64,000 nucleotides of DNA from NCBI GenBank assembly GCA_965644295.1, contig CBFFRP010000297.1, positions 868,001 to 932,000 of the forward strand, in the 5' to 3' direction. The notes beneath the pieces are model-generated. The model did not search any database, had not been told where the DNA came from, and worked only from the letters and a program-made list of their open reading frames with translations. A program made the position numbers and the translations under genes. This DNA is from Paraphysomonas bandaiensis (taxonomy: Eukaryota; Protista; Chrysophyceae). Below, one piece after another: positions 63,156 to 64,000 of the stretch (positions within the stretch are counted from its first letter, which is position 1; the number at the start of each line of letters is the position of its first letter).

Positions 63156-64000
63156 CTACGCACGGATGCCCATTGCACCGGAGTGGACAGTAGAGCTGTT
63201 CTTGCTCCTCCCACTGCGGTTCGAGGCGCCAGTCACGTTGGTGCTTGCTGAAGAAACAGAGCAATCATCGAATGCGCTACGTGGACTCTGAATGGATGAC
63301 GGTAGGTCCACATATGAATGGATCTTCTTCCCAGCGCGCACAGAAGGGCGATCAGGCACATTAATCGGCAGCACCAGTTTCGGAACAACGTTTACTTTGC
63401 CGTTGCTTGAACTCGATGCAGTCTCCGACACCACAGTGTCACTCACAGGGACAATCACACCCGTAGCTTCATCATCGTCTCTGAAAACACCGGGGCAGAA
63501 ATCGTGCAGATGCTGCTGTGAATTGGAGTGGGATACTGGAATAGGACTCTTCTTGAAGTTTGCCAAATTGGTAACTGGTGTAGAGTTCCTGCTCGTAGCG
63601 GCGCTGTTGGTGCCACTAGCGTTGCTCGCACCACTCCCACATCTGTACTTACTGTTACCAGCTGTGTGATGGTGACTGACGGGCGTGGTTGAGTATGATC
63701 CACTGCCATGGCCGGACTGCGATGCCTGTGGTGCGTGATGTACTGCATAAGTAGCTGGGGCGGCAGGAAGTAGAATGCGGTACGCCTCGGTGTGATGGGT
63801 GTGTCTCTTCACCTCTTCATCCTCATCCTCCACTGGCAACTGGCCCGGAGCTAGACCCCCAGAATAGAGTACAGGGGGGCCCGATTTGCTACGCCGACTG
63901 GAGGGGCTCGCGTGAGGGTGCTGTTGGTGTGCTGCTTGTTGCCGTGACGATGATTGGCTCTGAAACGCACCACCACTAGTACCTGCGGCTAGGGGGGAGC
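63156..64000 (-). CDS. Low-complexity hypothetical protein, 3' part
   Basis: GC-richer open frame rich in S/H/P continuing to the window edge; no domain recognised. Confidence 0.6.
   Translation of the reverse strand, partial: SPLAAGTSGGAFQSQSSSRQQAAHQQHPHASPSSRRSKSGPPVLYSGGLAPGQLPVEDEDEEVKRHTHHTEAYRILLPAAPATYAVHHAPQASQSGHGSGSYSTTPVSHHHTAGNSKYRCGSGASNASGTNSAATSRNSTPVTNLANFKKSPIPVSHSNSQQHLHDFCPGVFRDDDEATGVIVPVSDTVVSETASSSSNGKVNVVPKLVLPINVPDRPSVRAGKKIHSYVDLPSSIQSPRSAFDDCSVSSASTNVTGASNRSGRSKNSSTVHSGAMGIRA

Overview
Gene-dense eukaryotic nuclear DNA with many short (~45-60 nt) GT-AG introns. The organism is most likely a flagellated stramenopile (inference from SPEF2, a mitochondrion-targeted phosphoserine phosphatase and overall gene content). 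About 20 protein-coding genes are present: PrsW protease, TraB-domain protein, two CRAL-TRIO proteins, a GT61 glycosyltransferase fusion, a JmjC demethylase, peptide:N-glycanase, an MDC1-like FHA/BRCT protein, SPEF2, a PH protein, an SDR, a cNMP-dependent kinase, a Sen1/Upf1-like helicase, RPN9, PSPH, an HSL-family esterase and GID8. Most are arranged as head-to-head pairs around AT/TATG-rich promoters. Non-coding structure includes (i) a ~150-bp MITE (TIR CGTATCGGCA, variable 2-bp TSD) found three times 60-100 bp upstream of a start codon, always with the same end facing the gene; (ii) two inverted copies of a ~500-bp MITE (7-bp TSD) bracketing the helicase gene; (iii) a cluster of truncated retroposon-like copies sharing a GNRA hairpin tail; (iv) Harbinger-like relics; and (v) long (TATG)n arrays abutting gene starts. 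The most unusual proteins are a PNGase with ILEI, jacalin and C-terminal PUB domains, an MDC1 with PST-like tandem repeats, and a single-chain kinase with a PKA-R-type cAMP cassette. All calls come from manual reading and motif recall; no database searches were run.
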